From NCBI GenBank assembly GCA_016938695.1, contig JAFGUC010000006.1, positions 293,633-325,632 on the forward strand: a stretch of DNA of 32,000 bases, given 5' to 3'. Shown in pieces: positions 1-9,282 of this stretch (position 1 is its first letter; the number at the start of each line of letters is the position of its first letter). The position numbers were made by a program, and so were the translations under genes. Under the pieces are notes generated by a model. It searched no databases and was not told where the DNA came from. It saw only the letters and a list, made by a program, of their open reading frames with translations. This DNA is from Candidatus Woesearchaeota archaeon. GTDB taxonomy: Archaea; Nanobdellota; Nanobdellia; Woesearchaeales; JAFGUC01.

Positions 1-1386
1 TTTTACTGTATCTTTTTCATTGATATCTGGAAATTCTGCTTCTTCAAGTTTCACGTAAGGCGCGTATAACTCAAACCATCCTTCTTCTTTGGTTCTTGTT
101 CCTTTTGTTACGAATATTTCTTTTTTTATGTCAACTTCAATTGTCATTGTTTCTCTTAATGCAGGTTCTCCAAATACTGCAAAGAATCTTTTGACGATTA
201 AATCGTAAACTTTTTTCTCTCTGTCATTAATTCCTGTAGGTTTAATTCCTGTAGGATAAATTGCAGGATGCGCAGGATCATCTTTAGTTCCTTCTTTAGG
301 AATAAGTTGTTTTAAAGCTAGTAAGTAGTCTGTTTGTTTTTTGTATTCTTCATTTTTTTGAAGTTCTTTTAGAATTTTTTTGTAATCAATTTCTTTTGGT
401 AATTTTTGAGATGATGTTCTCGGATATGAAATAAATCCGTTGATGTATAGATTTTGTGCAAGTTCTAGAAGTTGTTTTGGAACTATTTTGAAAACTTTGT
501 GAGCTTCTAGTTGAAGACTTGTTAAATCAAATGGAATTGGTGGAAGACTTTTTGTTTCTTTTTTAGTAACGCTTGAAACTAATGCTGATTTTTCGTCTTT
601 TACTTTCTCAAAAACAGTTGTTGCTTCATTTCCATCAAAGAATTTATCTTTTTGGTGTAATGCTTCAACGGGATATTTTTTGTCTTTTTCAACAAGTCCA
701 CTTAATGCGATCTGCCAGTATGGTTCTGGTTTGAAGTTTTGAATTTCTTTTTCTTTGTCAACTAATATTTTTAGAGCTGGTCCTTGAACACGACCACTAC
801 TTAAAACCTTGAATGAACCAGTTTTTCTTAGTGCAGACATCAATGCTCTTGAAAGATTTATACCATAGTACCAATCAAGTTCATGTCGTGTTACACCTGC
901 ATTTGCTTGTCCCCAATCTATTGTTTTTGATTTGTGTTCAAATGCTTTAATTAAATCATCTTTAGTTAAAGTCGAGAATTTCATTCTGTTTGCATCTTTT
1001 TGTTTACATGCAAATCTTAGAACATTAAGACCAATAACTTCTCCTTCGATATCATAATCTGTTGCAATCGTGAAATTTGTTGCATCTTTTGCGACTTTTT
1101 TTATTACACTAAGATATTTTTTTGTATATGCTGATGCCTTGTTTATTGATGAAGTTGGTTTCCATTCGATTTCAAATGTTGGATATTTCCAACTTTTATC
1201 GTTTTTTTCAGCAACACCATAGAGGTGTCCAACAGCGCAAGCGACGACTAAATCTTCTTTATTGTGTGATATTAGATAGTATGGAACTCCATTATCTGAT
1301 TTCTTAATTGGTTTTCCATCAGAAAGAGCATCTGCGATTTTTTTGGCAGCATTAGGTTTTTCAGTTATTATTAGTTCATATGCCAT
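1..1386 (-). CDS. topA: DNA topoisomerase I (type IA), first 462 codons; 3' end runs off the window
   Basis: Not in the ORF track because it is open at the window edge. My minus-strand translation from the ATG (complement of 1384-1386) gives MAYELIITEKPNAAKKIADAL (TOPRIM start). It also shows the TOPRIM acidic motif IATDYDIEGEVIG, the active-site Tyr motif GFISYPRTSSQ, and DDPAHPAIYPTG. The frame stays open to base 1. Confidence 0.9.
   Translation of the reverse strand, partial: MAYELIITEKPNAAKKIADALSDGKPIKKSDNGVPYYLISHNKEDLVVACAVGHLYGVAEKNDKSWKYPTFEIEWKPTSSINKASAYTKKYLSVIKKVAKDATNFTIATDYDIEGEVIGLNVLRFACKQKDANRMKFSTLTKDDLIKAFEHKSKTIDWGQANAGVTRHELDWYYGINLSRALMSALRKTGSFKVLSSGRVQGPALKILVDKEKEIQNFKPEPYWQIALSGLVEKDKKYPVEALHQKDKFFDGNEATTVFEKVKDEKSALVSSVTKKETKSLPPIPFDLTSLQLEAHKVFKIVPKQLLELAQNLYINGFISYPRTSSQKLPKEIDYKKILKELQKNEEYKKQTDYLLALKQLIPKEGTKDDPAHPAIYPTGIKPTGINDREKKVYDLIVKRFFAVFGEPALRETMTIEVDIKKEIFVTKGTRTKEEGWFELYAPYVKLEEAEFPDINEKDTVK
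226..255. repeat. 15-bp tandem duplication (2 copies, 1 mismatch) inside topA
   Basis: aTTAATTCCTGTAGG (226-240) is followed directly by tTTAATTCCTGTAGG (241-255). The duplication is in frame and encodes PTGIK-PTGIN just after the HPAIYPTG motif. Confidence 0.8.
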
Positions 1387-1529
1387 TTTTCTTTTGGTTT
1401 CATAGAATAATATATAAATGTTTTTGGTGTGTATTGTTTTATTGAGTTTTTGATTTTTGTATTTTTTGATGATTTTTCATATAAAAAAACAAAATATTTA
1501 TAAATAACATATCTAAAAACGTACATAGA

Positions 1530-1580
1530 GTTTCTGAAAAGTTAATTACATGATTATTCTAAAAAATTCTTTTGAGAAAC
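1530..1580 (+). promoter_or_regulatory. Inverted repeat (11 of 12 bp, 27-nt spacer) in the psmB upstream region or leader
   Basis: GTTTCTGAAAAG (1530-1541) pairs with CTTTTGAGAAAC (1569-1580) with a single G-G mismatch. It lies between a TTTATAAAT box (1497-1505) and the psmB Shine-Dalgarno sequence. Confidence 0.4.
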
Positions 1581-1593
1581 TTAATGTTCGAAA

Positions 1594-1599
1594 AGGAGG
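1594..1599 (+). promoter_or_regulatory. Shine-Dalgarno sequence for psmB
   Basis: AGGAGG lies 9 nt upstream of the TTG start at 1609. Confidence 0.6.
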
Positions 1600-1608
1600 G
1601 GATTATAC

Positions 1609-2259
1609 TTGGAACAAGAAAAAGATAGTAAGACCCTGAAAACAGGTACTACAACGGTAGGTATAGTCTGTAAAGATGGTGTTGTGCTTGCAGCTGATAG
1701 ACGAGCTACTGCAGGATATATGATTGTTAATAAGAAAACAGTCAAGGTTGAGAAAATTACTGATAATATTGCTTTGACAATGGCAGGAACTGTTTCCGAT
1801 GCTCAGTTGTTAATCAAGTTAATTAAAGCTGAAATTCAGTTGAAAGATCTTAGAACTGGACGAAAGAGCTTAGTTAAAGAAGTCGCAAATTATCTATCAA
1901 ATATGGTTTATAATGTTATTAGAACTCCTTCAATGATTCAAGGTGTAACACATTTTGTTTTAGGTGGAGTTGATGATACTGGAAATTATCTTTTTGATAT
2001 TTTCCCTGATGGATCTGTAACACTTTGTGATGATTTCATTTCAAGTGGATCTGGTTCATACTATGCATATGGTGTACTTGATAGCGAGTACAAAGAAAAT
2101 ATGTCTGTTGATGAAGGAGTTAAATTGGCTTTACGAGCAGTAAATGCTGCGCTTCAAAGAGACATCGCAAGTGGTAACGGAGTTAATGTGATGGTTATTA
2201 CTGCAGATGGTGCTAAGGAAGTTATCTCTAAGTCATTGACAGTAGATATTCGAGAATAA
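1609..2259 (+). CDS. psmB: Proteasome subunit beta (archaeal 20S), with short propeptide
   Basis: A propeptide is followed by the TTTVGIVCKDGVVLAADRRAT N-terminal nucleophile signature. The GSGS motif and 216-aa length also fit. The start is TTG, preceded by AGGAGG. Confidence 0.93.
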   Translation: MEQEKDSKTLKTGTTTVGIVCKDGVVLAADRRATAGYMIVNKKTVKVEKITDNIALTMAGTVSDAQLLIKLIKAEIQLKDLRTGRKSLVKEVANYLSNMVYNVIRTPSMIQGVTHFVLGGVDDTGNYLFDIFPDGSVTLCDDFISSGSGSYYAYGVLDSEYKENMSVDEGVKLALRAVNAALQRDIASGNGVNVMVITADGAKEVISKSLTVDIRE

Positions 2260-2305
2260 ATTTATTTTAAATTTATAATTTTTTTAATTAATTTTAATTT
2301 ATTAA

Positions 2306-4228
2306 GTGATTCTAATGGCAAATAATGGAAACATTCTAAAAGAAATTATCGCAAAGTTACCCGAAGGAAAAATTAGCGATATGGGATTTGAAGGAGCAAA
2401 TATAGTATTATATACTAAAGATAGGGATTTTTTCCTAAATAATAATGGTACAATCCGAGACGTGGTTTCTGAATTCAAGAAGCGAATTGAGTTAAGACCT
2501 GACCCTGCAATTTTAATGGATATGCAGGAAGCTGAAAAATTTATCAAAGGTCTTTTACCTGAGGAAGCTAATATTGGAAATATTATTTTTGAACCTTTTC
2601 AGTCAATTGTGATTATTGAGGCAGAAAAACCTGGAGTTGCAATAGGAAAACAAGGTTCAAATTTACGTGATATTAAAGAGAAAACTTTATGGGTTCCAAC
2701 AATTCAAAGAACTCCTTCAATTAGAAGTGAACTACTTGAAAATATCAATTCTGTTCTTTACGCAAATTCTGATTTTAGACGAAAATTTCTTCATAAAACT
2801 GGAGAGAGAATCTATAATGGCTGGATTCGTGGCAAGAAAAACGAATGGGTACGAGTAACTTTTTTAGGTGCAGGTCGGCAAGTTGGTCGAAGTTCAATTC
2901 TTCTTCAAACACCTGAAAGTAGAATTTTACTTGATTGTGGAATTGACCCTGGAGTTTCTAATGATTCTTCTGATGCATATCCTATGCTTGAAGCACCTGA
3001 ATTTAAGATTGAAGATCTTGATGCAGTTGTTATTTCACATGCACACTTAGATCACACTGGTTTTTTACCTTGGCTGTTTAAGTATGGATATCGAGGACCT
3101 GTTTATTGTACTGCTCCAACAAGAGATGTTATGTCTTTGTTACAGTTAGATTTTGTTAAAATAATGAGAATGAATGGGCAGGATCCAATTTATACTAGTG
3201 ATGATATTAAAGAAATGGTTAAACATACTATTACTTTGAATTTTGGTGAAGTAACTGATGTAACTCCTGATGTTAGACTTACAATGCATAACTCTGGTCA
3301 CATTTTAGGTAGTGCAATGGTTCACTTACATATTGGTAATGGACTTCATAACATGCTTTATACTGCAGATTATAAATTTGGAAAAACAACTTTACTAGAT
3401 CCTGCTGATTTTAAATTTACACGTATGGAAACTATGATTACAGAGGCAACATACGGTGGAAAGGATGCGATTACAGAAAGTAAAGAAGAATCAGAACATA
3501 AGTTCTCTGAGTTTGTGAATGATACTTTACGACGTGGTGGAAAGGTTCTTCTTCCGGTTTTAGGTGTTGGACGAGCACAAGAGATGCTTTTAATAATTGA
3601 GCAAATGCATAGAAATGGTATTTTGCCAGATGATGTAAAGGTATTTATTGATGGTTCTGTTTGGGATGTTACTGCAATTCACACAGCATATCCTGAATAC
3701 ATGAATGCTAATGTTAGAAAAATGATCTTCCATAAGAATCAAAATCCATTCTTGTCAAATATATTTACACAAGTTGGTTCTGCTAAAGAAAGAAAAGAAG
3801 TTATTGAAACAGCTGGCCCTTGTATTGTTCTTGCAACAAGTGGAATGTTAGTTGGTGGTTCATCGGTTGAATATTTCAAAAATTTTGCAAACGATGCTAA
3901 ATCAACATTAATTTTTACTTGTTATCAGGCTGCTGGTTCTTTAGGTAGACGATTACAACGTGGTGAGCGAGAGATTATTTTCCCAATTGGAAAAAAGAAT
4001 GAAGTTGTCGAAGTTAAAATGCAAATAGAGACAATTGAAGGATTCTCTGGTCACAGCGATAGAAAACAACTTATGTCTTACATGAGTAAAGTTTCTCCTA
4101 AACCTGCGAGAGTTATCATGAATCACGGAGAGAGTAGTAGATGTTTAGATCTTGCTTCGTCAATTCATAAGCAGTTTAGAGTTGAGACAATAGTTCCAAA
4201 GAACCTTGAAAGTATTCGTTTGGTTTAA
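2306..4228 (+). CDS. aCPSF1-type RNase (KH domains plus metallo-beta-lactamase/beta-CASP)
   Basis: The 640-aa protein has an N-terminal KH-like region (GVAIGKQGSNLRDI). It carries the MBL motif HAHLDHTG and a beta-CASP C-terminus (GFSGHSD, MNHGE). The ORF opens at GTG 2306; ATG 2315 is an alternative start. Confidence 0.92.
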   Translation: MILMANNGNILKEIIAKLPEGKISDMGFEGANIVLYTKDRDFFLNNNGTIRDVVSEFKKRIELRPDPAILMDMQEAEKFIKGLLPEEANIGNIIFEPFQSIVIIEAEKPGVAIGKQGSNLRDIKEKTLWVPTIQRTPSIRSELLENINSVLYANSDFRRKFLHKTGERIYNGWIRGKKNEWVRVTFLGAGRQVGRSSILLQTPESRILLDCGIDPGVSNDSSDAYPMLEAPEFKIEDLDAVVISHAHLDHTGFLPWLFKYGYRGPVYCTAPTRDVMSLLQLDFVKIMRMNGQDPIYTSDDIKEMVKHTITLNFGEVTDVTPDVRLTMHNSGHILGSAMVHLHIGNGLHNMLYTADYKFGKTTLLDPADFKFTRMETMITEATYGGKDAITESKEESEHKFSEFVNDTLRRGGKVLLPVLGVGRAQEMLLIIEQMHRNGILPDDVKVFIDGSVWDVTAIHTAYPEYMNANVRKMIFHKNQNPFLSNIFTQVGSAKERKEVIETAGPCIVLATSGMLVGGSSVEYFKNFANDAKSTLIFTCYQAAGSLGRRLQRGEREIIFPIGKKNEVVEVKMQIETIEGFSGHSDRKQLMSYMSKVSPKPARVIMNHGESSRCLDLASSIHKQFRVETIVPKNLESIRLV

Positions 4229-4296
4229 TTTTTTTAATTTATTTTAATTTGTTTTTAAATAGAACAGAAAGCATTTTAACTAGTTCTTTGTTTTTA

Positions 4297-5010
4297 ATGG
4301 TTATGGCAATTGAAGATTTACCTGTTTTTCAATCAAAGAAAAAAGAAGGATTGACTAAATTTGTGTTAAATGTTTTAAATCCTATTGTTAATTTCTGGCT
4401 TGATGTTTCTTATGACTTTGATACTGCTGCGTATGATTTTTTGAAGTCAGATGAACCAGGCTTAATATTACCTAACCATAGATATATGGCTGATATTCCA
4501 TTAATTGGTCTTCCATTAAAGCATTTTTTTTCATCTCAAGCTCATTACATCATGAAAGCAACTTTACCTTCTTCTTTTGAATATTTAGGAGGAGTTCCTA
4601 TCATCAGGAAGAAAGATATTGAAAAAGGTTCTAGCAATCGAGAAATAATTTTGAAAGCTAAAGAGCGAGATAATGAAATTTATTCAAACATTATTCCTTC
4701 AATTTTAGCACAGAGTGGTCGAGTTGTAATTTATACTGAAACAACACGATCAAAAAATTCTCCAATCTTGTTTTCATTAGCGACATCATTTAATAAAAAA
4801 TTCAAGAAAATTGAAGAAAACCTTGGTTCATCTATAACTTATGTTCCTGTTTCTTTATGCTATAAGAATGGAGTTAAGTTTAGGTCTAAAGTAGAAGTAG
4901 AGTTTTTAGAACCTGTAACTGTTTCTGTAGTTGATGGTGACAAAGGATTTACTTTCTTGAAGGATAAGCTTGAGTACTTGATTAATGGTAATTTAAAAAA
5001 CCAAGGATAA
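4297..5010 (+). CDS. PlsC-like (lyso)phospholipid acyltransferase family protein
   Basis: It has the acyltransferase motif I NHRYMAD (HX4D) and motif III YTETTRS (compare FPEGTRS). The ORF is open from TTG 4249; ATG 4297 and ATG 4303 are alternative starts. Confidence 0.7.
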   Translation: MVMAIEDLPVFQSKKKEGLTKFVLNVLNPIVNFWLDVSYDFDTAAYDFLKSDEPGLILPNHRYMADIPLIGLPLKHFFSSQAHYIMKATLPSSFEYLGGVPIIRKKDIEKGSSNREIILKAKERDNEIYSNIIPSILAQSGRVVIYTETTRSKNSPILFSLATSFNKKFKKIEENLGSSITYVPVSLCYKNGVKFRSKVEVEFLEPVTVSVVDGDKGFTFLKDKLEYLINGNLKNQG

Positions 5011-5047
5011 CTTTAAATAAAACTTCTTTATTTTATTAGTATCGGGG

Positions 5048-6406
5048 ATGTTTTTGATTAAAGACAAATACGATGTAATTATTGTTGGTGCTGGTCCAGC
5101 GGGACTATTTTGTGCGTATGAACTTGTTATGAATTCTGATTTAGCTGTTCTTGTAGTTGATAAGGGAAAGGCTCCTCTTGAACGTTGTAGGAATGCTGTA
5201 GATATTATGTGTGGTGTTGGTGGGGCTGGTTGTATGAGTGATGGTAAATTAAACATTAATCCATACATTGGCGGGGATTTACCTTCTTTAGTTGGAAGTG
5301 AGGAACTTTCAAACAATTTAATTGAATATGTTGATTCTATTTTTGTTGAATTTGGTGCACCACAAGAAATGATTCTGGATTCCGAGAAAACGTCAAAATT
5401 GGTTCAGAAGGCATCTCAAGCGGGAATTCGTTATATACCTGTTCGTCAAAAGCATATTGGTTCTGATAGATTGCCAATTTTAATTGATAAGATGCAGGCT
5501 GCTATGATTTTAAAGCAATGTGATTTTTTACTTGAGACAACGGTTGAGGATATTTTAGTTGAGAATGGTGTCTTGACTGGTGTTGTTCTTTCTTCCGGTA
5601 AAAAGATATTGTCTTCAAAGGTTGTTTTGGCGCCAGGGCGTATAGGTAATGAGTGGTTTAACAAACTAGTTGAACGAAACGATTTAGAAACAATATACAA
5701 TCCTATTGATGTTGGTGTGCGAGTTGAGACAAATTTTGAGGTATATAAGAATTTGACTGATGTGAATTATGATCCTAAAATTCATATCTATACTGATAGA
5801 TATAAAGATTTTGTCAGAACGTTTTGTACAAATCCACGAGGATTTGTAGCTACAGAAGATTATGATGGTTTTATAGGTGTAAATGGTCATGCTGAACGAG
5901 ATAGAAAGAGCAGTAATACTAATTTTGCATTGTTAAACAGAGTTCAATTAACAAAGCCATTGGAGAACACATTCAAGTACGGTAAGAGTATTGCTCAATT
6001 AGCAACAACAATTGGTGGTGGAAAGGTAATACTTCAAACTCTAGGAGATTTAAGACGAGGAAGACGTTCAACTGCTGAACGAATAAAGAAATCTTTTGTT
6101 GAACCTACATTAAAGGACTATACTCCTGGTGATATTTCTATGGCTCTTCCTTCAAGAATTGTTCATAATTTGTTAGAGGCTTTAGAAAAGTTAGATTCTA
6201 TTGCTCCAGGAATTAATTCAGATAATACTTTGTTGTATGCTCCAGAGATAAAATATCATTCTATTAAAGCACGACACGATTCAATTTTGCAAAGTGTTAA
6301 ACTAAAGAACTTATTTTTTGCAGGTGATGGTGCAGGTCTTACTAGAGACATAATCAATGCAGCAGCCACAGGAGTTTTTGTTGCTAGAAAAATAATAGAA
6401 AAGTAA
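5048..6406 (+). CDS. FAD-dependent oxidoreductase (COG2509-like uncharacterised FAD-dependent dehydrogenase)
   Basis: It has an N-terminal dinucleotide-binding motif DVIIVGAGPAGLFCAYEL and a C-terminal FFAGDGAG motif. Length is 452 aa. Confidence 0.8.
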   Translation: MFLIKDKYDVIIVGAGPAGLFCAYELVMNSDLAVLVVDKGKAPLERCRNAVDIMCGVGGAGCMSDGKLNINPYIGGDLPSLVGSEELSNNLIEYVDSIFVEFGAPQEMILDSEKTSKLVQKASQAGIRYIPVRQKHIGSDRLPILIDKMQAAMILKQCDFLLETTVEDILVENGVLTGVVLSSGKKILSSKVVLAPGRIGNEWFNKLVERNDLETIYNPIDVGVRVETNFEVYKNLTDVNYDPKIHIYTDRYKDFVRTFCTNPRGFVATEDYDGFIGVNGHAERDRKSSNTNFALLNRVQLTKPLENTFKYGKSIAQLATTIGGGKVILQTLGDLRRGRRSTAERIKKSFVEPTLKDYTPGDISMALPSRIVHNLLEALEKLDSIAPGINSDNTLLYAPEIKYHSIKARHDSILQSVKLKNLFFAGDGAGLTRDIINAAATGVFVARKIIEK

Positions 6407-6411
6407 AAAAA

Positions 6412-7002
6412 TTATTTATCAGAACCGGTATAGAAGAAATTTCTGATATTTATGTCGTTAGGAGTTAAGTCTCCTGTTCTGGCATTACTTTCCTGTTTTG
6501 GTGCCGATTGGACTTGTGGTGCTGGTTGCTGTTGTTGAATTATTGGTTGTTCGTTTTTCTGTTTTTCAAGTCTGTTTAACATCATTTCAATGGAATTTAA
6601 TTTGCCATTTATTTTATCTATTTCAGTTCCAATTTGTTGGATAAAGTTAAAATTATTTTTGGAATTTGTTTCAACTTCTTGAATTTTTGTTTTAATTTCA
6701 GAAGCAACCTTTGAAAATTCTGATTTAAGAAGAGTTATTTCTTCAGAGTGATTTGAAACGATAGGCTTGACTTGTGTTTCAACTTCTTCATCTAATATTT
6801 CTTCTTGAGGCATTTCTACTTGAACTGCTTGTTGTTCGTAAGTATTATAACTTTGCCTTGTAAAACTTGCATCGTCTTCTTTTACTCCAACCATGCTTTG
6901 TGCAAGTTTAGTTGCATCATCCATGTTTGCTGCTAGTCCTTGTTCGTGCAATGATTTTGCAAGCGTGTTAACTTTTTTTAGAATCTCTATGTCCATTTTC
7001 AA
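6412..7002 (-). CDS. Hypothetical coiled-coil protein with Gln/Pro-rich C-terminal segment
   Basis: The 196-aa ORF has heptad-like helical stretches and a QQQQPAPQVQ tract. I recognise no family. Confidence 0.6.
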   Translation of the reverse strand: MKMDIEILKKVNTLAKSLHEQGLAANMDDATKLAQSMVGVKEDDASFTRQSYNTYEQQAVQVEMPQEEILDEEVETQVKPIVSNHSEEITLLKSEFSKVASEIKTKIQEVETNSKNNFNFIQQIGTEIDKINGKLNSIEMMLNRLEKQKNEQPIIQQQQPAPQVQSAPKQESNARTGDLTPNDINIRNFFYTGSDK

Positions 7003-7085
7003 TCAACTCTTTTTGTTATTCTTGAATAAAGAAAAAAGGTTTGGATGATATATAAAGTTTTTTATTTTATTATAAAAATTATTTA

Positions 7086-8036
7086 CTATCTGTTTTTGGT
7101 CCAAATTGCTGCAAGTGTGCTTAATAGTAGTGTAATTGTTGCAATAATCCAAAAACTGTGTATTGGCAATTCAACATTCATACCGAAGAATCCAGAAACA
7201 ATTGTAGGTATGATTAGAAATGCTGCAATCCAACTGACTTTATACATTTGTTTGTTCATTTGGTTTGATTGGGCAGCCAAATATAGATTGTATGTTCCGT
7301 CTAGTGCGTCTTTTTGAGTTTCAATTAAATCCCAACAGTAAAGGAACCTATCTTCTAGGTGATTATCAAATTCTGGAGCCTTGAGGTGTTTACCTTTGTT
7401 ACTGTTAATTTCTCTTATAACTTCAATATCTGCTCTTAATGCTTTTGATGTAAAGAAAGTTGTTTCTTTTGTGTTTTCTAGTTTTTCATAAGTTTCATTA
7501 ATTTCTTTATTGTTATTTGCTTGTATAATTTTTCTTTGGAGTTTGTCAATAACTTTTTTAAGATCTTCGGTGTGTTCAATACTTTCTTCGATTAGGTCTT
7601 CTAGAACGTATGACATGATGCAAGTTGTTGAGAAATCTTCTAGTTTGTATTTTTTCATATTTTCTATTATTTCTGTAATCATTGCAGAACTTTTGTTTGC
7701 GATAGAAAATATTTTGTTTCTTTTGATGATGAATGATAGTTGTAAAAGTCCGACTTCTTTAGAATCTGGATTATATAGATTTTTATCGGGAACTGAAACG
7801 TTTACAAATGTGAAGTTTTCAAAATTTAGAAGACATGGACGTTGTTTTTCAATTAAATCTTCTTTAAATTCTTCTTCTTCGTCTTCAGGTCCGATATCTT
7901 TGACTATAATATCAATTATTTTATCTTCTGATTTTATTAAATGAGTCCAAACAATCTCGTTTTTTCTTGGCTTAGTATTTGTACTTGCCAAGTCTTTTAT
8001 TGTTAAATCTTTTTTGTATACTAATGTTCGGACCAT
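7086..8036 (-). CDS. corA: CorA-family magnesium/cobalt transporter
   Basis: The C-terminal FFGMNVELP (GMN motif) sits between two TM helices, after a large cytoplasmic N-domain. Length is 316 aa. Confidence 0.88.
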   Translation of the reverse strand: MVRTLVYKKDLTIKDLASTNTKPRKNEIVWTHLIKSEDKIIDIIVKDIGPEDEEEEFKEDLIEKQRPCLLNFENFTFVNVSVPDKNLYNPDSKEVGLLQLSFIIKRNKIFSIANKSSAMITEIIENMKKYKLEDFSTTCIMSYVLEDLIEESIEHTEDLKKVIDKLQRKIIQANNNKEINETYEKLENTKETTFFTSKALRADIEVIREINSNKGKHLKAPEFDNHLEDRFLYCWDLIETQKDALDGTYNLYLAAQSNQMNKQMYKVSWIAAFLIIPTIVSGFFGMNVELPIHSFWIIATITLLLSTLAAIWTKNR

Positions 8037-8087
8037 TGGTATTTAGTTGGGAATTTTATTTATAAAAGTTTTGTTACCCTTCTATAA

Positions 8088-8612
8088 TTATTCTCCTTCA
8101 AATTCGACTAAAGAAAAAACATCAAGTCCTAGTTCTTTTAATTTTTTAGTGCCTTTTAGCTCTGGTAAGTCAATTACAAAACAACAGTTGTTTACAATTC
8201 CTTTTGCTTTTTGGATTAGGTTTACGGCTGCAATTGCTGTTCCACCTGTTGCAATCAGATCGTCAATTAATAGTATTTTCTGGTTTTCTTGTATTGCATC
8301 TTCATGAATTTCAATTTCATCTGTTCCATATTCAAGTTTGTATGATTCCTTTATTGTTCGAAACGGTAATTTGCCTTTTTTTCGAATAGGTATAAATCCT
8401 TTATTGAGTTCGTATGCAATAATTGATCCTAAAATGAAACCTCTTGACTCGATTCCAGCAACTAAATCGAAATCTAATTTTTTGCAATGTTCAATTAATT
8501 GTGTAGATGCTTCTTTTAATCCTTGAGGGTCTTTTAGAAGTGTTGTTATATCTCTAAACATTATTCCTTCTTTTGGCCAATTAGGGATTGTTCTGATTTT
8601 TTCTTTAATCAT
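8088..8612 (-). CDS. apt: Adenine phosphoribosyltransferase
   Basis: It has the PRPP-binding motif ILLIDDLIATGGTAIAA and a FRDITTLL N-terminus. Length is 174 aa. Confidence 0.92.
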   Translation of the reverse strand: MIKEKIRTIPNWPKEGIMFRDITTLLKDPQGLKEASTQLIEHCKKLDFDLVAGIESRGFILGSIIAYELNKGFIPIRKKGKLPFRTIKESYKLEYGTDEIEIHEDAIQENQKILLIDDLIATGGTAIAAVNLIQKAKGIVNNCCFVIDLPELKGTKKLKELGLDVFSLVEFEGE

Positions 8613-9280
8613 TTTAGAAGTTTCTCGATTACTTTTTTTGAATTTGCTGCAAAAATAGGCAGGTTTTTTTCAAAATCTCCTTTCGCAGAGTTGTCTGCTT
8701 TATCTGAGATTATTCTTATTATTAGAAAAGGTATTTTGTTTGCATCGCATACTTGGGCGACTGCTGCTCCTTCCATGTCGACACAGTATGCATTAAATTC
8801 TTCTAATGGTGAAATGTCTGTTATGAATTGATCGCCAGTTGCAATTCTTCCTTCGTAGATATTATAGTCTTTGAATTCTGTGTCAAGAGCTTTTTTGATC
8901 AATTCTGTATCTGCTTCAAAAAATCTTTTGTTTACTCTAGGAATGTGTCCTTTAGGATCTCCAAATGCAGTTGTATCAAAATCATGTTGAACAAGGTCAG
9001 TTGATACAATTACGTCACCAACGTTAACATCGGTATGAACGCCTCCTGCGACACCTGTAAATATTACTTTTGTAGGATTGTATGTATCAATTAAGTGTTG
9101 AGTTGCCATTGCTGCATAGACTTTTCCAATTTGTGTTTGGCATATTACAACATTTTTTCCGAAGAGTATTCCTTCGTGAATTGTAAAGAAGTTCCATTGT
9201 TTTTCTTTTTTATCTTTTAAGTCATGTAAAAGATATTCAATCTCTTCATTTAGAGCACCGAGAATAATTATTTTTTCCAT
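8609..9280 (-). CDS. mtnN: 5'-methylthioadenosine/S-adenosylhomocysteine nucleosidase (bacterial Pfs type)
   Basis: Signature stretches are FTGVAGG, VDMEGAAVAQVC and IRIISDKAD. Its stop overlaps the apt start by 4 nt. Confidence 0.88.
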   Translation of the reverse strand: MEKIIILGALNEEIEYLLHDLKDKKEKQWNFFTIHEGILFGKNVVICQTQIGKVYAAMATQHLIDTYNPTKVIFTGVAGGVHTDVNVGDVIVSTDLVQHDFDTTAFGDPKGHIPRVNKRFFEADTELIKKALDTEFKDYNIYEGRIATGDQFITDISPLEEFNAYCVDMEGAAVAQVCDANKIPFLIIRIISDKADNSAKGDFEKNLPIFAANSKKVIEKLLK

Positions 9281-9282
9281 TT

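Noticed and set aside
2260-4248. Similar T-rich strings follow psmB (TTTTTAATTAATTTTAATTT, about 2281-2300) and aCPSF1 (TTTTTTTAATTTATTTTAATTT, about 4229-4250).
   Set aside because: They probably reflect generic oligo-T terminator plus AT-rich promoter composition. The match is too short and low-complexity to call a specific repeat element.
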